This document shows, one piece after another, positions 23,245 through 41,200 of a stretch of DNA of 64,000 nucleotides (positions are counted from its first letter, which is position 1; the number at the start of each line of letters is the position of its first letter). The notes below the pieces were generated by a model. It saw nothing but the letters and a program-made list of their open reading frames with translations. It did not search any database and was not told the origin of the DNA. The stretch comes from Eledone cirrhosa (Eukaryota), in contig OZ024742.1 in assembly GCA_964016885.1 (NCBI GenBank), positions 185,690,001 to 185,754,000 on the forward strand. The letters run 5' to 3'. The position numbers and the translations under genes were made by a program.

Positions 23245-26200
23245 TAGACACACATTACAGTACTTCTCAAATATTTGGGACAGTACTACCGTTACACACA
23301 CACTCACATCCTACGTCCACATTACAGTACTGCTTACATATCTGGGACACTGTTGCTGTTACATACACAGATATACTAGAACACATTACAGTACTGCTTT
23401 TATATCTGGGACACGGTTACTGTTACACACACAGATATACTAGGACACATTACAGTACTGCTTACATATCTGGGACACTGTTGCTGTTACATACACAGAT
23501 ATACTAGAACACATTACAGTACTGCTTTTATATCTGGGACACGGTTACTGTTACACACACAGATATACTAGAACACATTACAGTACTGCTTACATATCTG
23601 GGACACGGTTGCTGTTACATACACAGATATACTAGAAAACATTACAGTACTGCTTTTATATATGGGACACGGTTGCTGTTACACACACAGATATACTAGA
23701 ACACATTACAGTAGTGTTTACATATCTGGGACACTGTTGCTGTTACACACACACAGATATACTAGAACACATTACAGTACTGCTTTTATATCTGGGACAG
23801 TGTTGCTGTTACATACACAGATATACTAGAACACATTACAGTACTGCTTTTATATCTGGGACACTGTTGCTGTTACGTACACAGATATACTAGAACACAT
23901 TACAGTACTGCTTTTATATCTGGGACACTGCTGTTACATACACAGAGATATACAAGAACACATTACAGTACTGCTTACATATCTGGGACACTGTTGCTGT
24001 TACACACACACAGATATACTAGAACACATTACAGTACTGCTTACATATCTGGGACACTGTTGCTGTTATATACACAGATATACTAGAACACGTTACAGTA
24101 CTGCTTTTATATCTGGGACACTGTTGCTGTTACACACACAGATATACTAGAACACATTACAGTACTGCTTTTATATCTGGGACACTGTTGCTGTTACATG
24201 CACACAGATATACTAGAACACATTACAGTACTGCTTTTATATCTGGGACACTGTTGCTGTTACATACACAGATATACTAGAACACATTACAGTAATGCTT
24301 TTATATCAGGGACACTGTTGCTGTTACATACACAGATATACTAGAACACATTACAGTACTGCTTTTATATCTGGGACACTGTTGCTGTTATATACACAGA
24401 TATACTAGGACACATTACAGTACTGCTTTTATATCTGGGACACTGTTGCTGTTATATACACAGATATACTAGAACACATTACAGTACTGCTTTTATATCT
24501 GGGACACTGTTGCTGTTTCATACACAGATATACTAGAACACATTACAGTACTTCTTTTATATCTGGGACACTGCTGCTGTTACATACACACAGATATACT
24601 AGAACACATTACAGTACTGCTTTTATATCTGGGATACTGTTGCTGTTACATACACAGATATACTAGAACACATTACAGTACTGCTTACATATCTGGGACA
24701 CGGTTGCTGTTACATACAGAAATATACTAGAACACATTACAGTACTGCTTACATATCTGGGACACTGTTGCTGTTACATACACAGATATACTAGAACACA
24801 TTACAGTACTGCTTTTATATCTGGGACACTGTTGCTGTTACACACACAGATATACTAGAACACATTACAGTACTGCTTTTATATCTGGGACACTGTTGCT
24901 GTTACATACACACAGATATACAAGAACACATTACAGTACTGCTTACATATCTGGGACACTGTTGCTGTTACATACACAGATATACTAGAACGCATTACAG
25001 TACTGCTTTTACATCTGGGACACTGTTGCTGTTACATACACAGATATACTAGAACACATTACAGTACTGCTTACATATCTGGGACAGTGTTGCTGTTACA
25101 TACACAGATATACTAGAACACATTACAGTACTGCTTACATATCTGGGACACTGTTGCTGTTACATACACAGATATACTAGAACACATTACAGTACTGCTT
25201 TTATATCTGGGACACTGTTGCTGTTACACACACAGATATACTAGAACACATTACAGTACTGCTTTTATATCTGGGACACTGTTGCTGTTACACACACAGA
25301 TATACTAGAACACATTACAGTACTGCTTTTATATCTGGGACACTGTTGCTGTTACATACACAGATATACTAGAACACATTACAGTACTGCTTTTATATCT
25401 GGGACACTGTTGCTGTTACATACACACAGATATACTAGAACACATTACAGTACTGCTTTTATATCTGGGACACTGTTGCTGTTACACACACAGATATACT
25501 AGAACACATTACAGTACTGCTTTTATATCTGGGAAACTGTTGCTGTTACATACACAGATATACTAGAACACATTACAGTACTGCTTTTATATCTGGGACA
25601 CTGTTGCTGTTACACACACAGATATACTAGAACACATTACAGTACTGCTTTTATATCTGGGACACTGTTGCTGTTACACACACAGATATACTAGAACACA
25701 TTACAGTACTGCTTACATATCTGGGACACTGTTGCTGTTACATACACAGATATACTAGAACACATTACAGTACTGATTTTATATCTGAGACAGTGTTGCT
25801 GTTACACACACACAGATATACTAGAATACATTACAGTACTGCTTTGATATCTGGGACACTGTTGCTGTTACATACACAGATATACTAGAACACATTACAG
25901 TACTGATTTTATATCTGAGACAGTGTTGCTGTTACACACACACAGATATACTAGAACACATTACAGTACTGCTTTTATATCTGGCACACTGTTGCTGTTA
26001 CATACACACAGATATACTAGAACACATTACAGTACTGCTTTTATATCTGAGACAGTGTTGCTGTTACATACACACAGATATACTAGAACACATTACAGTA
26101 CTGCTTTTATATCTGGTACACTGTTGCTGTTACATACACACAGATATACTAGAACACATTACAGTACTGCTTTTATATCTGGTACACTGTTGCTGTTACA

Positions 26201-29200
26201 CACACAGATATACTAGAACACATTACAGTACTGCTTTTATATCTGGGACACTGTTGCTGTTACATACACACAGATATACTAGAACACATTACAGTACTGC
26301 TTTTATATCTGGTACACTGTTGCTGTTACATACACAGATATACTAGAACACATTACAGTAGTGCTTTTATATCTGGGACACTGTTGCTGTTACATACACA
26401 CAGATATACTAGAACACATTACAGTAGTGCTTACATATCTGGGACAGTGTTGCTGTTACATACACACAGATATACTAGAACACATTACAGTACTGCTTTT
26501 ATATCTGGGACAATGTTGCTGTTACATACACACAGATATACTAGAACACATTACAGTACTGCTTTTATATCTGGTACACTGTTGCTGTTACATACACAGA
26601 TATACTAGAACACATTACAGTAGTGCTTTTATATCTGGGACACTGTTGCTGTTACATACACACAGATATACTAGAACACATTACAGTACTGCTTACATAT
26701 CTGGGACACTGTTGCTGTTACATACACAGATATACTAGAACACATTACAGTAGTGCTTACATATCTGGGACAGTGTTGCTGTTACATACACACAGATATA
26801 CTAGAACACATTACAGTACTGCTTACATATCTGTGACACTGTTGCTGTTACATACACACAGATATACTAGAACACATTACAGTACTGCTTTTATATATGG
26901 GACAGTGTTGCTGTTACACACACACAGATATACTAGAACACATTACAGTACTGCTTACATATCTGGGACAGTGTTGCTGTTACATACACACAGATATACT
27001 AGAACACATTACAGTAGTGCTTACATATCTGGGACAGTGTTGCTGTTACACACACACAGATATACTAGAACACATTACAGTACTGCTATTATATCTGAGA
27101 CAGTGTTGCTGTTACATACACAGATATACTAGAACACATTACAGTACTGCTTTTATATCTGAGACACTGTTGCTGTTACATACACCGATATACTAGAACA
27201 CATTACAGTACTGCTTTTATATCTGGGACACTGTTGCTGTTACATACACACAGATATACTAGAACACATTACAGTACTGCTTTTATATCTAAGACACCGT
27301 TGCTGTTACATACACAGATATACTAGAACACATTACAGTACTGCTTACATATCTGGGGCAATGTTGCTGTTACATACACAGATATACTAGAACACATTAC
27401 AGTACTGCTTACATATCTGGGACAGTGTTGCTGTTACATACACACAGATATACTAGAACACATTACAGTACTGCTTACATATCTGGGACACTGTTGCTGT
27501 TACATACAAACAGATATACTAGAACACATTACAGTACTGCTTTTATATCTGGGACAGTGTTGCTGTTACATACACAGATATACTAGAACACATTACAGTA
27601 CTGCTTACATATCTGGGACAGTGTTGCTGTTACATACACAGATATACTAGAACGCATTACAGTACTGCTTACATATCTGGGACACTGTTACTGTTACATA
27701 CACACAGATATACTAGAACACATTACGGTACTGCTTACATATCTGGGACACTGTTGCTGTTACATACACAGATATACTAGAACACATTACAGTACTGCTT
27801 ACATATCTGGGACACTGTTGCTGTTACACACACAGATATACTAGAACACATTACAGTACTGCTTTTATATCTGGGACACTGTTGCTGTTACACACACAGA
27901 TATACTAGAACACATTACAGTACTGCTTTTATATCTGGGACACTGTTGCTGTTACATGCACACAGATATACTAGAACACATTACAGTACTGCTTTTATAT
28001 CTGGGACACTGTTGCTGTTACATACACAGATATACTACAACACATTACAGTACTTCTTACATATCTGGGACACTGTTGCTGTTACATACACACAGATATA
28101 CTAGAACACATTACGGTACTGCTTACATATCTGGGACACTGTTGCTGTTACATACACAGATATACTAGAACACTTTACAGTACTGCTTACATATCTGGGA
28201 CACTGTTGCTGTTACACACACAGATATACTAGAACACATTACAGTACTGCTTTTATATCTGGGACACTGTTGCTGTTACACACACACAGATATACTAGAA
28301 CACATTACAGTACTGCTTTTATATCTGGGACACTGTTGCTGTTACATACACACAGATATACTAGAACACATTACAGTACTGCTTTTATATCTGGGACAGT
28401 GTTGCTGTTACACACACAGATATACTAGAACACATTACAGTACTGCTTTTATATCTGGGACACTGTTGCTGTTACATGCACACAGATATACTAGAACACA
28501 TTACAGTACTGCTTTTATATCTGGGACACTGTTGCTGTTACATACACAGATATACTAGAACACATTACAGTACTGCTTTTATATCTGGGACACTGTTGCT
28601 GTTATATACACAGATATACTAGGACACATTACAGTACTGCTTTTATATCTGGGACACTGTTGCTGTTATATACACAGATATACTAGGACACATTACAGTA
28701 CTGCTTACATATCTGGAACACTGTTGCTGTTACATACACACAGATATACTAGAACACATAACAGTACTGCTTTTATATCTGGGACACTGTTGCTGTTACA
28801 TACACACAGATATACTAGAACACATTACGGTACTGCTTACATATCTGGGACACTGTTGCTGTTACATACACAGATATACTAGAACACTTTACAGTACTGC
28901 TTACATATCTGGGACACTGTTGCTGTTACACACACAGATATACTAGAACACATTACAGTACTGCTTTTATATCTGGGACACTGTTGCTGTTACACACACA
29001 CAGATATACTAGAACACATTACAGTACTGCTTTTATATCTGGGACACTGTTGTGGTTACATACACACAGATATACTAGAACACATTACAGTACTGCTTTT
29101 ATATCTGGGACAGTGTTGCTGTTACACACACAGATATACTAGAACACATTACAGTACTGCTTTTATATCTGGGACACTGTTGCTGTTACATGCACACAGA

Positions 29201-32200
29201 TATACTAGAACACATTACAGTACTGCTTTTATATCTGGGACACTGTTGCTGTTACATACACAGATATACTAGAACACATTACAGTACTGCTTTTATATCT
29301 GGGACACTGTTGCTGTTATATACACAGATATACTAGGACACATTACATTACTGCTTACATATCTGGAACACTGTTGCTGTTACATACACACAGATATACT
29401 AGAACACATAACAGTACTGCTTTTATATCTGGGACACTGTTGCTGGTATATACACAGATATACTAGGACACATTACAGTACTGCTTACATATCTGGGACA
29501 CTGTTGCTGTTACACACACACAGATATACGAGAACACATTACAGTACTGCTTTTATATCTGGGACACTGCTGCTGTTACATACACACAGATATACTAGAA
29601 CACATTACAGTACTGCTTTTATATCTGGGACAGTGTTGCTGTTACACACACAGATATACTAGAACACATTACAGTACTGCTTTTATATCTGGGACACTGT
29701 TGCTGTTATATACACACAGATATACTAGAACACATAACAGTACTGCTTACATATCTGGGACACTGTTGCTGTTACATACACAGATATACTAGAACACATT
29801 ACAGTACTGCTTTTATTTCTGGGACACTGCTGCTGTTACATACAGACAGATATACTAGAACACATTACAGTACTGCTTTTATATCTGGGACACTGTTGAT
29901 GTTACATACACAGATATACTAGAACACATTACAGTACTGCTTACATATCTGGGACACTGTTGCTGTTACATACACAGATATACTAGAACACATTACAGTA
30001 CTGCTTTTATATCTGGAACAGTGTTGCTGTTACATACACAGATATACTAGAACACATTACAGTACTGCTTACATATCTGGGACACTGTTGCTGTTACATA
30101 CACAGATATACTAGAACACATTACAGTACTGCTTTTATATCTGGGACACTGTTGCTGTTACATACACAGATATACTAGAACACATTACAGTACTGCTTAC
30201 ATATCCGGGACACTGTTGCTGTTACATACACAGATATACTAGAACACATTACAGTACTACTTTTATATCTGGGACTCTGTTGCTGTTACATACACAGATA
30301 TACTAGAACACATTACAGTACTGCTTACATATCTGGGACACTGTTGCTGTTACATACACAGATATACTAGAACACATTACAGTACTACTTTTATATCTGG
30401 GACTCTGTTGCTGTTACATACACAGATATACTAGAACACATTACAGTACTGCTTTTATATCTGGGACACTGTTGCTGTTACACACACAGATATACTAGAA
30501 CACATTACAGTACTGCTTACATATCTGGGACACTGTTGCTGTTACATACACAGATATACTAGAACGCATTACAGTACTGCTTTTACATCTGGGACACTGT
30601 TGCTGTTACATACACACAGATATACTAGAACACATTACAGTACTGCTTACATATCTGGGACAGTGTTGCTGTTACATACACACAGATATACTAGAACACA
30701 TTACAGTACTGCTTTTATATCTGGGACACTGTTGCTGTTACATACACAGATATACTAGAACACATTACAGTACTGCTTACATATCTGGAACACTGTTGCT
30801 GTTACATACACACAGATATACTAGAACACATTACAGTACTGCTTTTATATCTGGGACACTGTTGCTGTTACACACACAGATATACTAGAACACATTACAG
30901 TACTGCTTTTATATCTGGGAAACTGTTGCTGTTACATACACAGATATACTAGAACACATTACAGTACTGCTTTTATATCTGGGACACTGTTGCTGTTACA
31001 CACACAGATATACTAGAACACATTACAGTACTGCTTTTATATCTGGGACACTGTTGCTGTTACATACACACAGATATACTAGAACACATTACAGTACTGC
31101 TTTTATATCTGGGACACTGTTGCTGTTACATACACACAGATATACTAGAACACATTACAGTACTGCTTTTATATCTGGGACACTGTTGCTGTTACATACA
31201 CACAGATATACTAGAACACATTACAGTACTGCTTTTATATCTGGGACACTGTTGCTGTTACATACACACAGATATACTAGAACACATTACAGTACTGCTT
31301 TTATATCTGAGACAGTGTTGCTGTTACATACACACAGATATACTAGAACACATTACAGTACTGCTTTGATATCTGGGACACTGTTGCTGTTATATACACA
31401 CAGATATACTAGAACACATTACAGTACTGCTTTTATATCTGGTACACTGTTGCTGTTACACACACAGATATACTAGAACACATTACAGTACTGCTTTTCT
31501 ATCTGAGACACTGTTGCTGTTACATACACACAGATATACTAGAACACATTACAGTACTGCTTTTATATCTGGTACACTGTTGCTGTTACATACACAGATA
31601 TACTAGAACACATTACAGTAGTGCTTTTATATCTGGGACACTGTTGCTGTTACATACACACAGATATACTAGAACACATTACAGTAGTGCTTACATATCT
31701 GGGACAGTGTTGCTGTTACATACACACAGATATACTAGAACACATTACAGTACTGCTTTTATATCTGGGACACTGTTGCTGGTATATACACAGATATACT
31801 AGGACACATTACAGTACTGCTTACATATCTGGGACACTGTTGCTGTTACACACACACAGATATACTAGAACACATTACAGTACTGATTTTATATCTGAGA
31901 CAGTGTTGCTGTTACACACACACAGATATACTAGAACACATTACAGTACTGCTTTGATATCTGGGACACTGTTGCTGTTACATACACAGATATACTAGAA
32001 CACATTACAGTACTGCTTACATATCTGGGACAATGTTGCTGTTACATACACACAGATATACTAGAACACATTACAGTACTGCTTTTATATCTGGGACTCT
32101 GTTGCTGTTACATACACAGATATACTAGAACACATTACAGTACTGCTTTTATATCTGAGACAGTGTTGCTGTTACATATACACAGATATACTAGAACACA

Positions 32201-35200
32201 TTACAGTACTGCTTTTATATATGGGACACGGTTGCTGTTACACACACAGATATAGTAGAACACATTACAGTAGTGTTTACATATCTGGGACACTGTTGCT
32301 GTTACACACACACAGATATACGAGAACACATTACAGTACTGCTTTTATATCTGGGACAGTGTTGCTGTTACATACACAGATATACTAGAACACATTACAG
32401 TACTGCTTTTATATCTGGGACACTGTTGCTGTTACATACACAGATATACTAGAACACATTACAGTAATGCTTTTATATCTGGGACACTGCTGTTACATAC
32501 ACAGAGATATACAAGAACACATTACAGTACTGCTTACATATCTGGGACACTGTTGCTGTTATATACACACAGATATACTAGAACACGTTACAGTACTGCT
32601 TTTATATCTGGGACACTGTTGCTGTTACACACACAGATATACTAGAACACATTACAGTACTGCTTTTATATCTGGGACACTGTTGCTGTTACATGCACAC
32701 AGATATATTAGAACACATTACAGTACTGCTTTTATATCTGGGACACTGTTGCTGTTACATACACAGATATACTAGAACACATTACAGTAATGCTTTTATA
32801 TCTGGGACACTGTTGCTGTTACATACACAGATATACTAGAACACATTACAGTACTGCTTTTATATATGGGACACTGTTGCTGTTATATACACAGATATAC
32901 TAGGACACATTACAGTACTGCTTTTATATCTGGGACACTGTTGCTGTTATATACACAGATATACTAGAACACATTACAGTACTGCTTTTATATCTGGGAC
33001 ACTGTTGCTGTTTCATACACAGATATACTAGAACACATTACAGTACTTCTTTTATATCTGGGACACTGCTGCTGTTACATACACACAGATATACTAGAAC
33101 ACATTACAGTACTGCTTTTATATCTGGGACACTGTTGCTGTTACATACACAGATATACTAGAACACATTACAGTACTGCTTACATATCTGGGACACGGTT
33201 GCTGTTACATACAGAAATATACTAGAACACATTACAGTACTGCTTACATATCTGGGACACTGTTGCTGTTACATACACAGATATACTAGAACACATTACA
33301 GTACTGCTTTTATATCTGGGACACTGTTGCTGTTACACACACAGATATACTAGAACACATTACAGTACTGCTTTTATATCTGGGACACTGTTGCTGTTAC
33401 ATACACACAGATATACAAGAACACATTACAGTACTGCTTACATATCTGGGACACTGTTGCTGTTACATACACAGATATACTAGAACACATTACAGTACTG
33501 CTTTTATATCTGGGACACTGTTGCTGTTACATGCACACAGATATATTAGAACACATTACAGTACTGCTTTTATATCTGGGACACTGTTGCTGTTACATAC
33601 ACAGATATACTAGAACACATTACAGTAATGCTTTTATATCTGGGACACTGTTGCTGTTACATACACAGATATACTAGAACACATTACAGTACTGCTTTTA
33701 TATATGGGACACTGTTGCTGTTATATACACAGATATACTAGGACACATTACAGTACTGCTTTTATATCTGGGACACTGTTGCTGTTATATACACAGATAT
33801 ACTAGAACACATTACAGTACTGCTTTTATATCTGGGACACTGTTGCTGTTTCATACACAGATATACTAGAACACATTACAGTACTTCTTTTATATCTGGG
33901 ACACTGCTGCTGTTACATACACACAGATATACTAGAACACATTACAGTACTGCTTTTATATCTGGGACACTGTTGCTGTTACATACACAGATATACTAGA
34001 ACACATTACAGTACTGCTTACATATCTGGGACACGGTTGCTGTTACATACAGAAATATACTAGAACACATTACAGTACTGCTTACATATCTGGGACACTG
34101 TTGCTGTTACATACACAGATATACTAGAACACATTACAGTACTGCTTTTATATCTGGGACACTGTTGCTGTTACACACACAGATATACTAGAACACATTA
34201 CAGTACTGCTTTTATATCTGGGACACTGTTGCTGTTACATACACACAGATATACAAGAACACATTACAGTACTGCTTACATATCTGGGACACTGTTGCTG
34301 TTACATACACAGATATACTAGAACACATTACAGTACTGCTTACATATCTGGGACAGTGTTGCTATTACATACACAGATATACTAGAACACATTACAGTAC
34401 TGCTTACATATCTGGGACACTGTTGCTGTTACATACACAGATATACTAGAACACATTACAGTACTGCTTTTATATCTGGGACACTGTTGCTGTTACACAC
34501 ACAGAAATACTAGAACACATTACAGTACTGCTTTTATATCTGGGACACTGTTGCTGTTACACACACAGATATACTAGAACACATTACAGTACTGCTTTTA
34601 TATCTGGGACACTGTTGCTGTTACATCCACAGATATACTAGAACACATTACAGTACTGCTTTTATATCTGGGACACTGTTGCTGTTACACACACAGATAT
34701 ACTAGAACACATTACAGTACTGCTTTTATATCTGGGACACTGTTGCTGTTACACACACAGATATACTAGAACACATTACAGTACTGCTTTTATATCTGGG
34801 AAACTGTTGCTGTTACATACACAGATATACTAGAACACATTACAGTACTGCTTTTATATCTGGGACACTGTTGCTGTTACACACACAGATATACTAGAAC
34901 ACATTACAGTACTGCTTTTATATCTGGGACACTGTTGCTGTTACATACACAGATATACTAGAACACATTACAGTACTGCTTTTATATCTGGGACACTGTT
35001 GCTGTTACATACACACAGATATACTAGAACACATTACAGTACTGCTTTTATATCTGAGACAGTGTTGCTGTTACATACACACAGATATACTAGAACACAT
35101 TACAGTACTGCTTTTATATCTGGGACACTGTTGCTGTTACATACACACAGATATACTAGAACACATTACAGTACTGCTTTTATATCTGGTACACTGTTGC

Positions 35201-38200
35201 TGTTACACACACAGATATACTAGAACACATTACAGTAGTGCTTTTATATCTGGGACACTGTTGCTGTTACATACACACAGATATACTAGAACACATTACA
35301 GTAGTGCTTACATATCTGGGACAGTGTTGCTGTTACATACACACAGATATACTAGAACACATTACAGTACTGCTTTTATATCTGGGACAATGTTGCTGTT
35401 ACATACACACAGATATACTAGAACACATTACAGTACTGCTTTTATATCTGGTACACTGTTGCTGTTACATACACAGATATACTAGAACAAATTACAGTAG
35501 TGCATTTATATCTGGGACACTGTTGCTGTTACATACACACAGATATACTAGAACACATTACAGTACTGCTTACATATCTGGGACACTGTTGCTGTTACAT
35601 ACACAGATATACTAGCACACATTACAGTACTGCTTACATATCTGTGACACTGTTGCTGTTACATACACACAGATATACTAGAACACATTACAGTACTGCT
35701 TTTATATCTGGGACAGTGTTGCTGTTACACACACACAGATATACTAGAACACAATACAGTACTGCTTACATATCTGGGACAGTGTTGCTGTTACATACAC
35801 ACAGATATACTAGAACACATTACAGTAGTGCTTACATATCTGGGACAGTGTTGCTGTTACACACACACAGATATACTAGAACACATTACAGTACTGCTTT
35901 TATATCTGGGACACTGTTGCTGTTTCATACACAGATATACTAGAACACATTACAGTACTTCTTTTATATCTGGGACACTGCTGCTGTTACATACACACAG
36001 ATATACTAGAACACATTACAGTACTGCTTTTATATCTGGGACACTGTTGCTGTTACATACACAGATATACTAGAACACATTACAGTACTGCTTACATATC
36101 TGGGACACGGTTGCTGTTACATACAGAAATATACTAGAACACATTACAGTACTGCTTACATATCTGGGACACTGTTGCTGTTACATACACAGATATACTA
36201 GAACACATTACAGTACTGCTTTTATATTTGGGACACTGTTGCTGTTACACACACAGATATACTAGAACACATTACAGTACTGCTTTTATATCTGGGACAC
36301 TGTTGCTGTTACATACACACAGATATACAAGAACACATTACAGTACTGCTTACATATCTGGGACACTGTTGCTGTTACATACACAGATATACTAGAACAC
36401 ATTACAGTACTGCTTTTATATCTGGGACACTGTTGCTGTTACATGCACACAGATATATTAGAACACATTACAGTACTGCTTTTATATCTGGGACACTGTT
36501 GCTGTTACATACACAGATATACTAGAACACATTACAGTAATGCTTTTATATCTGGGACACTGTTGCTGTTACATACACAGATATACTAGAACACATTACA
36601 GTACTGCTTTTATATATGGGACACTGTTGCTGTTATATACACAGATATACTAGGACACATTACAGTACTGCTTTTATATGTGGGACACTGTTGCTGTTAT
36701 ATACACAGATATACTAGAACACATTACAGTACTGCTTTTATATCTGGGACACTGTTGCTGTTTCATACACAGATATACTAGAACACATTACAGTACTTCT
36801 TTTATATCTGGGACACTGCTGCTGTTACATACACACAGATATACTAGAACACATTACAGTACTGCTTTTATATCTGGGACACTGTTGCTGTTACATACAC
36901 AGATATACTAGAACACATTACAGTACTGCTTACATATCTGGGACACGGTTGCTGTTACATACAGAAATATACTAGAACACATTACAGTACTGCTTACATA
37001 TCTGGGACACTGTTGCTGTTACATACACAGATATACTAGAACACATTACAGTACTGCTTTTATATCTGGGACACTGTTGCTGTTACACACACAGATATAC
37101 TAGAACACATTACAGTACTGCTTTTATATCTGGGACACTGTTGCTGTTACATACACACAGATATACAAGAACACATTACAGTACTGCTTACATATCTGGG
37201 ACACTGTTGCTGTTACATACACAGATATACTAGAACACATTACAGTACTGCTTACATATCTGGGACAGTGTTGCTATTACATACACAGATATACTAGAAC
37301 ACATTACAGTACTGCTTACATATCTGGGACACTGTTGCTGTTACATACACAGATATACTAGAACACATTACAGTACTGCTTTTATATCTGGGACACTGTT
37401 GCTGTTACACACACAGAAATACTAGAACACATTACAGTACTGCTTTTATATCTGGGACACTGTTGCTGTTACACACACAGATATACTAGAACACATTACA
37501 GTACTGCTTTTATATCTGGGACACTGTTGCTGTTACATCCACAGATATACTAGAACACATTACAGTACTGCTTTTATATCTGGGACACTGTTGCTGTTAC
37601 ACACACAGATATACTAGAACACATTACAGTACTGCTTTTATATCTGGGACACTGTTGCTGTTACACACACAGATATACTAGAACACATTACAGTACTGCT
37701 TTTATATCTGGGAAACTGTTGCTGTTACATACACAGATATACTAGAACACATTACAGTACTGCTTTTATATCTGGGACACTGTTGCTGTTACACACACAG
37801 ATATACTAGAACACATTACAGTACTGCTTTTATATCTGGGACACTGTTGCTGTTACATACACAGATATACTAGAACACATTACAGTACTGCTTTTATATC
37901 TGGGACACTGTTGCTGTTACATACACACAGATATACTAGAACACATTACAGTACTGCTTTTATATCTGAGACAGTGTTGCTGTTACATACACACAGATAT
38001 ACTAGAACACATTACAGTACTGCTTTTATATCTGGGACACTGTTGCTGTTACATACACACAGATATACTAGAACACATTACAGTACTGCTTTTATATCTG
38101 GTACACTGTTGCTGTTACACACACAGATATACTAGAACACATTACAGTAGTGCTTTTATATCTGGGACACTGTTGCTGTTACATACACACAGATATACTA

Positions 38201-41200
38201 GAACACATTACAGTAGTGCTTACATATCTGGGACAGTGTTGCTGTTACATACACACAGATATACTAGAACACATTACAGTACTGCTTTTATATCTGGGAC
38301 AATGTTGCTGTTACATACACACAGATATACTAGAACACATTACAGTACTGCTTTTATATCTGGTACACTGTTGCTGTTACATACACAGATATACTAGAAC
38401 AAATTACAGTAGTGCATTTATATCTGGGACACTGTTGCTGTTACATACACACAGATATACTAGAACACATTACAGTACTGCTTACATATCTGGGACACTG
38501 TTGCTGTTACATACACAGATATACTAGCACACATTACAGTACTGCTTACATATCTGTGACACTGTTGCTGTTACATACACACAGATATACTAGAACACAT
38601 TACAGTACTGCTTTTATATCTGGGACAGTGTTGCTGTTACACACACACAGATATACTAGAACACAATACAGTACTGCTTACATATCTGGGACAGTGTTGC
38701 TGTTACATACACACAGATATACTAGAACACATTACAGTACTGCTTACATATCTGGGACACTGTTGCTGTTACATACAAACAGATATACTAGAACACATTA
38801 CAGTACTGCTTTTATATCTGGGACAGTGTTGCTGTTACATACACAGATATACTAGAACACATTACAGTACTGCTTACATATCTGGGACAGTGTTGCTGTT
38901 ACATACACAGATATACTAGAACACATTACAGTACTGCTTACATATCTGCGACACTGTTACTGTTACATACACACAGATATACTAGAACACATTACAGTAC
39001 TGCTTTTATATCTGGGACACTGTTGCTGTTACACACACAGATATACTAGAACACATTACAGTACTGCTTTTATATCTGGGACACTGTTGCTGTTACATGC
39101 ACACAGATATACTAGAACACATTACAGTACTGCTTTTATATCTGGGACACTGTTGCTGTTACATACACAGATATACTAGAACACATTACAGTACTGCTTA
39201 CATATCTGGGACACTGTTGCTGTTACACACACAGATATACTAGAACACATTACAGTACTGCTTTTATATCTGGGACACTGTTGCTGTTACACACACAGAT
39301 ATACTAGAACACATTACAGTACTGCTTTTATATCTGGGACACTGTTGCTGTTACATGCACACAGATATACTAGAACACATTACAGTACTGCTTTTATATC
39401 TGGGACACTGTTGCTGTTACATACACAGATATACTACAACACATTACAGTACTGCTTACATATCTGGGACACTGTTGCTGTTACATACACACAGATATAC
39501 TAGAACACATTACGGTACTGCTTACATATCTGGGACACTGTTGCTGTTACATACACAGATATACTAGAACACTTTACAGTACTGCTTACATATCTGGGAC
39601 ACTGTTGCTGTTACACACACAGATATACTAGAACACATTACAGTACTGCTTTTATATCTGGGACACTGTTGCTGTTACACACACAGATATACTAGAACAC
39701 ATTACAGTACTGCTTTTATATCTGGGACACTGTTGCTGTTACATACACACAGATATACTAGAACACATTACAGTACTGCTTTTATATCTGGGACAGTGTT
39801 GCTGTTACACACACAGATATACTAGAACACATTACAGTACTGCTTTTATATCTGGGACACTGTTGCTGTTACATGCACACAGATATACTAGAACACATTA
39901 CAGTACTGCTTTTATATCTGGGACACTGTTGCTGTTACATACACAGATATACTAGAACACATTACAGTACTGCTTTTATATCTGGGACACTGTTGCTGTT
40001 ATATACACAGATATACTAGGACACATTACAGTACTGCTTTTATATCTGGGACACTGTTGCTGTTATATACACAGATATACTAGGACACATTACAGTACTG
40101 CTTACATATCTGGGACACTGTTGCTGTTACATACACACAGATATACTAGAACACATTACAGTACTGCTTTTATATCTGGGACACTGTTGCTGTTATATAC
40201 ACAGATATACTAGGACACATTACATTACTGCTTACATATCTGGGACACTGTTGCTGTTACATACACACAGATATACTAGAACACACTACAGTACTGCTTT
40301 TATATCTGGGACACTGTTGCTGTTACATACACACAGATATACTAGAACACATTACAGTACTGCTTACATATCTGGGACACTGTTGCTGTTACACACACAG
40401 ATATACTAGAACACATTACAGTACTGCTTTTATATCTGGGACACTGTTGCTGTTACATACACAGATATACTAGAACAGATTACAGTACTGCTTACATATC
40501 TGGGACACTGTTGCTGTTACACACACAGATATACTAGAACACATTACAGTACTGCTTTTATATCTGGGACACTGTTGCTGTTACACACACAGATATACTA
40601 GAACACATTACAGTACTGCTTTTATATCTGGGACACTGTTGCTGTTACATGCACACAGATATACTAGAACACATTACAGTACTGCTTTTATATCTGGGAC
40701 ACTGTTGCTGTTACATACACAGATATACTACAACACATTACAGTACTGCTTACATATCTGGGACACTGTTGCTGTTACATACACACAGATATACTAGAAC
40801 ACATTACGGTACTGCTTACATATCTGGGACACTGTTGCTGTTACATACACAGATATACTAGAACACTTTACAGTACTGCTTACATATCTGGGACACTGTT
40901 GCTGTTACACACACAGATATACTAGAACACATTACAGTACTGCTTTTATATCTGGGACACTGTTGCTGTTACACACACAGATATACTAGAACACATTACA
41001 GTACTGCTTTTATATCTGGGACACTGTTGCTGTTACATGCACACAGATATACTAGAACACATTACAGTACTGCTTTTATATCTGGGACACTGTTGCTGTT
41101 ACATACACAGATATACTACAACACATTACAGTACTGCTTACATATCTGGGACACTGTTGCTGTTACATACACACAGATATACTAGAACACATTACGGTAC

